20,000 nt of DNA, from positions 92,710-112,709 of the forward strand of contig NW_014040345.1 of NCBI RefSeq assembly GCF_001186125.1, in the 5' to 3' direction. A model generated the notes under the pieces. The model searched no databases. It saw only the letters and a list, made by a program, of their open reading frames with translations, and was not told the origin of the DNA. Below are positions 19,607 through 20,000 of the stretch, one piece after another; the stretch's first letter is position 1, and the number at the start of each line of letters is the position of its first letter. Position numbers and translations under genes: made by a program. This stretch comes from Sphaeroforma arctica JP610. Its lineage: Eukaryota.

Positions 19607-20000
19607 TATGTACTATGTATTTAGCTCTACTTTCACACTCTCTCTACTAAATAACATATTTAGCTATTTGGCTAAAAAGTAGAGAGTTAAGTTGTAAATA
19701 GAGGCTGTCTCTGAGTCTGGGGCCCTGGGCCCACTCGTTTGTGTAAGTTGCAATCTTGGCCTTGAATTTTATTTAGACTGTGGCCTGTGGCCCTGTGACG
19801 CTGTGCCGCAGTGTCCTGTGGCCTGTGGGGCTGCTGAGATTTTATGTTTTTGACCTCTAGCATTTTTTTTAAACAAAACTACACTTCTTTTTTTTTTTCA
19901 TTCATATTTATATAAATATTTACATACATATTTACAGTATATAAGTACAAATATGTATATATATATATATATATATATATTTTAACTAAAAAAAAAGTAA

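Overview
Eukaryotic, intron-rich genomic DNA with two 20-N scaffold gaps. The gene content, GTATG-type donors and long CA/TA-microsatellite introns suggest a unicellular opisthokont or holozoan; this is inference and the organism is not identified. Three protein-coding loci are supported. (1) The 5' part of a minus-strand gene whose two spliced exons resemble the N-terminal coiled coil of Bre1/RNF20-type E3 ligases (tentative). (2) A plus-strand gene of at least 14 exons (4229-13155, about 858 codons traced with consistent splice phases) encoding an eIF4G2/DAP5/NAT1-type initiation factor (MIF4G-MA3-W2). Its first exon(s) and start codon could not be found. (3) An intronless minus-strand GLUT-like MFS sugar transporter (17281-18759). 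Between genes 2 and 3 is a ~3 kb AT-rich satellite of ~34-bp units arranged in successive higher-order blocks (68, ~160 and 103 bp), with a ~173-bp diverged 18S rRNA fragment inserted in it. Several introns have grown by tandem repeats seeded at splice signals, and an inverted (TTTAGGG)n/(CCCTAAA)n telomere-like junction lies near the right end. There is no CRISPR array, tRNA or transposase, and no evidence strong enough to claim a new multi-gene system.
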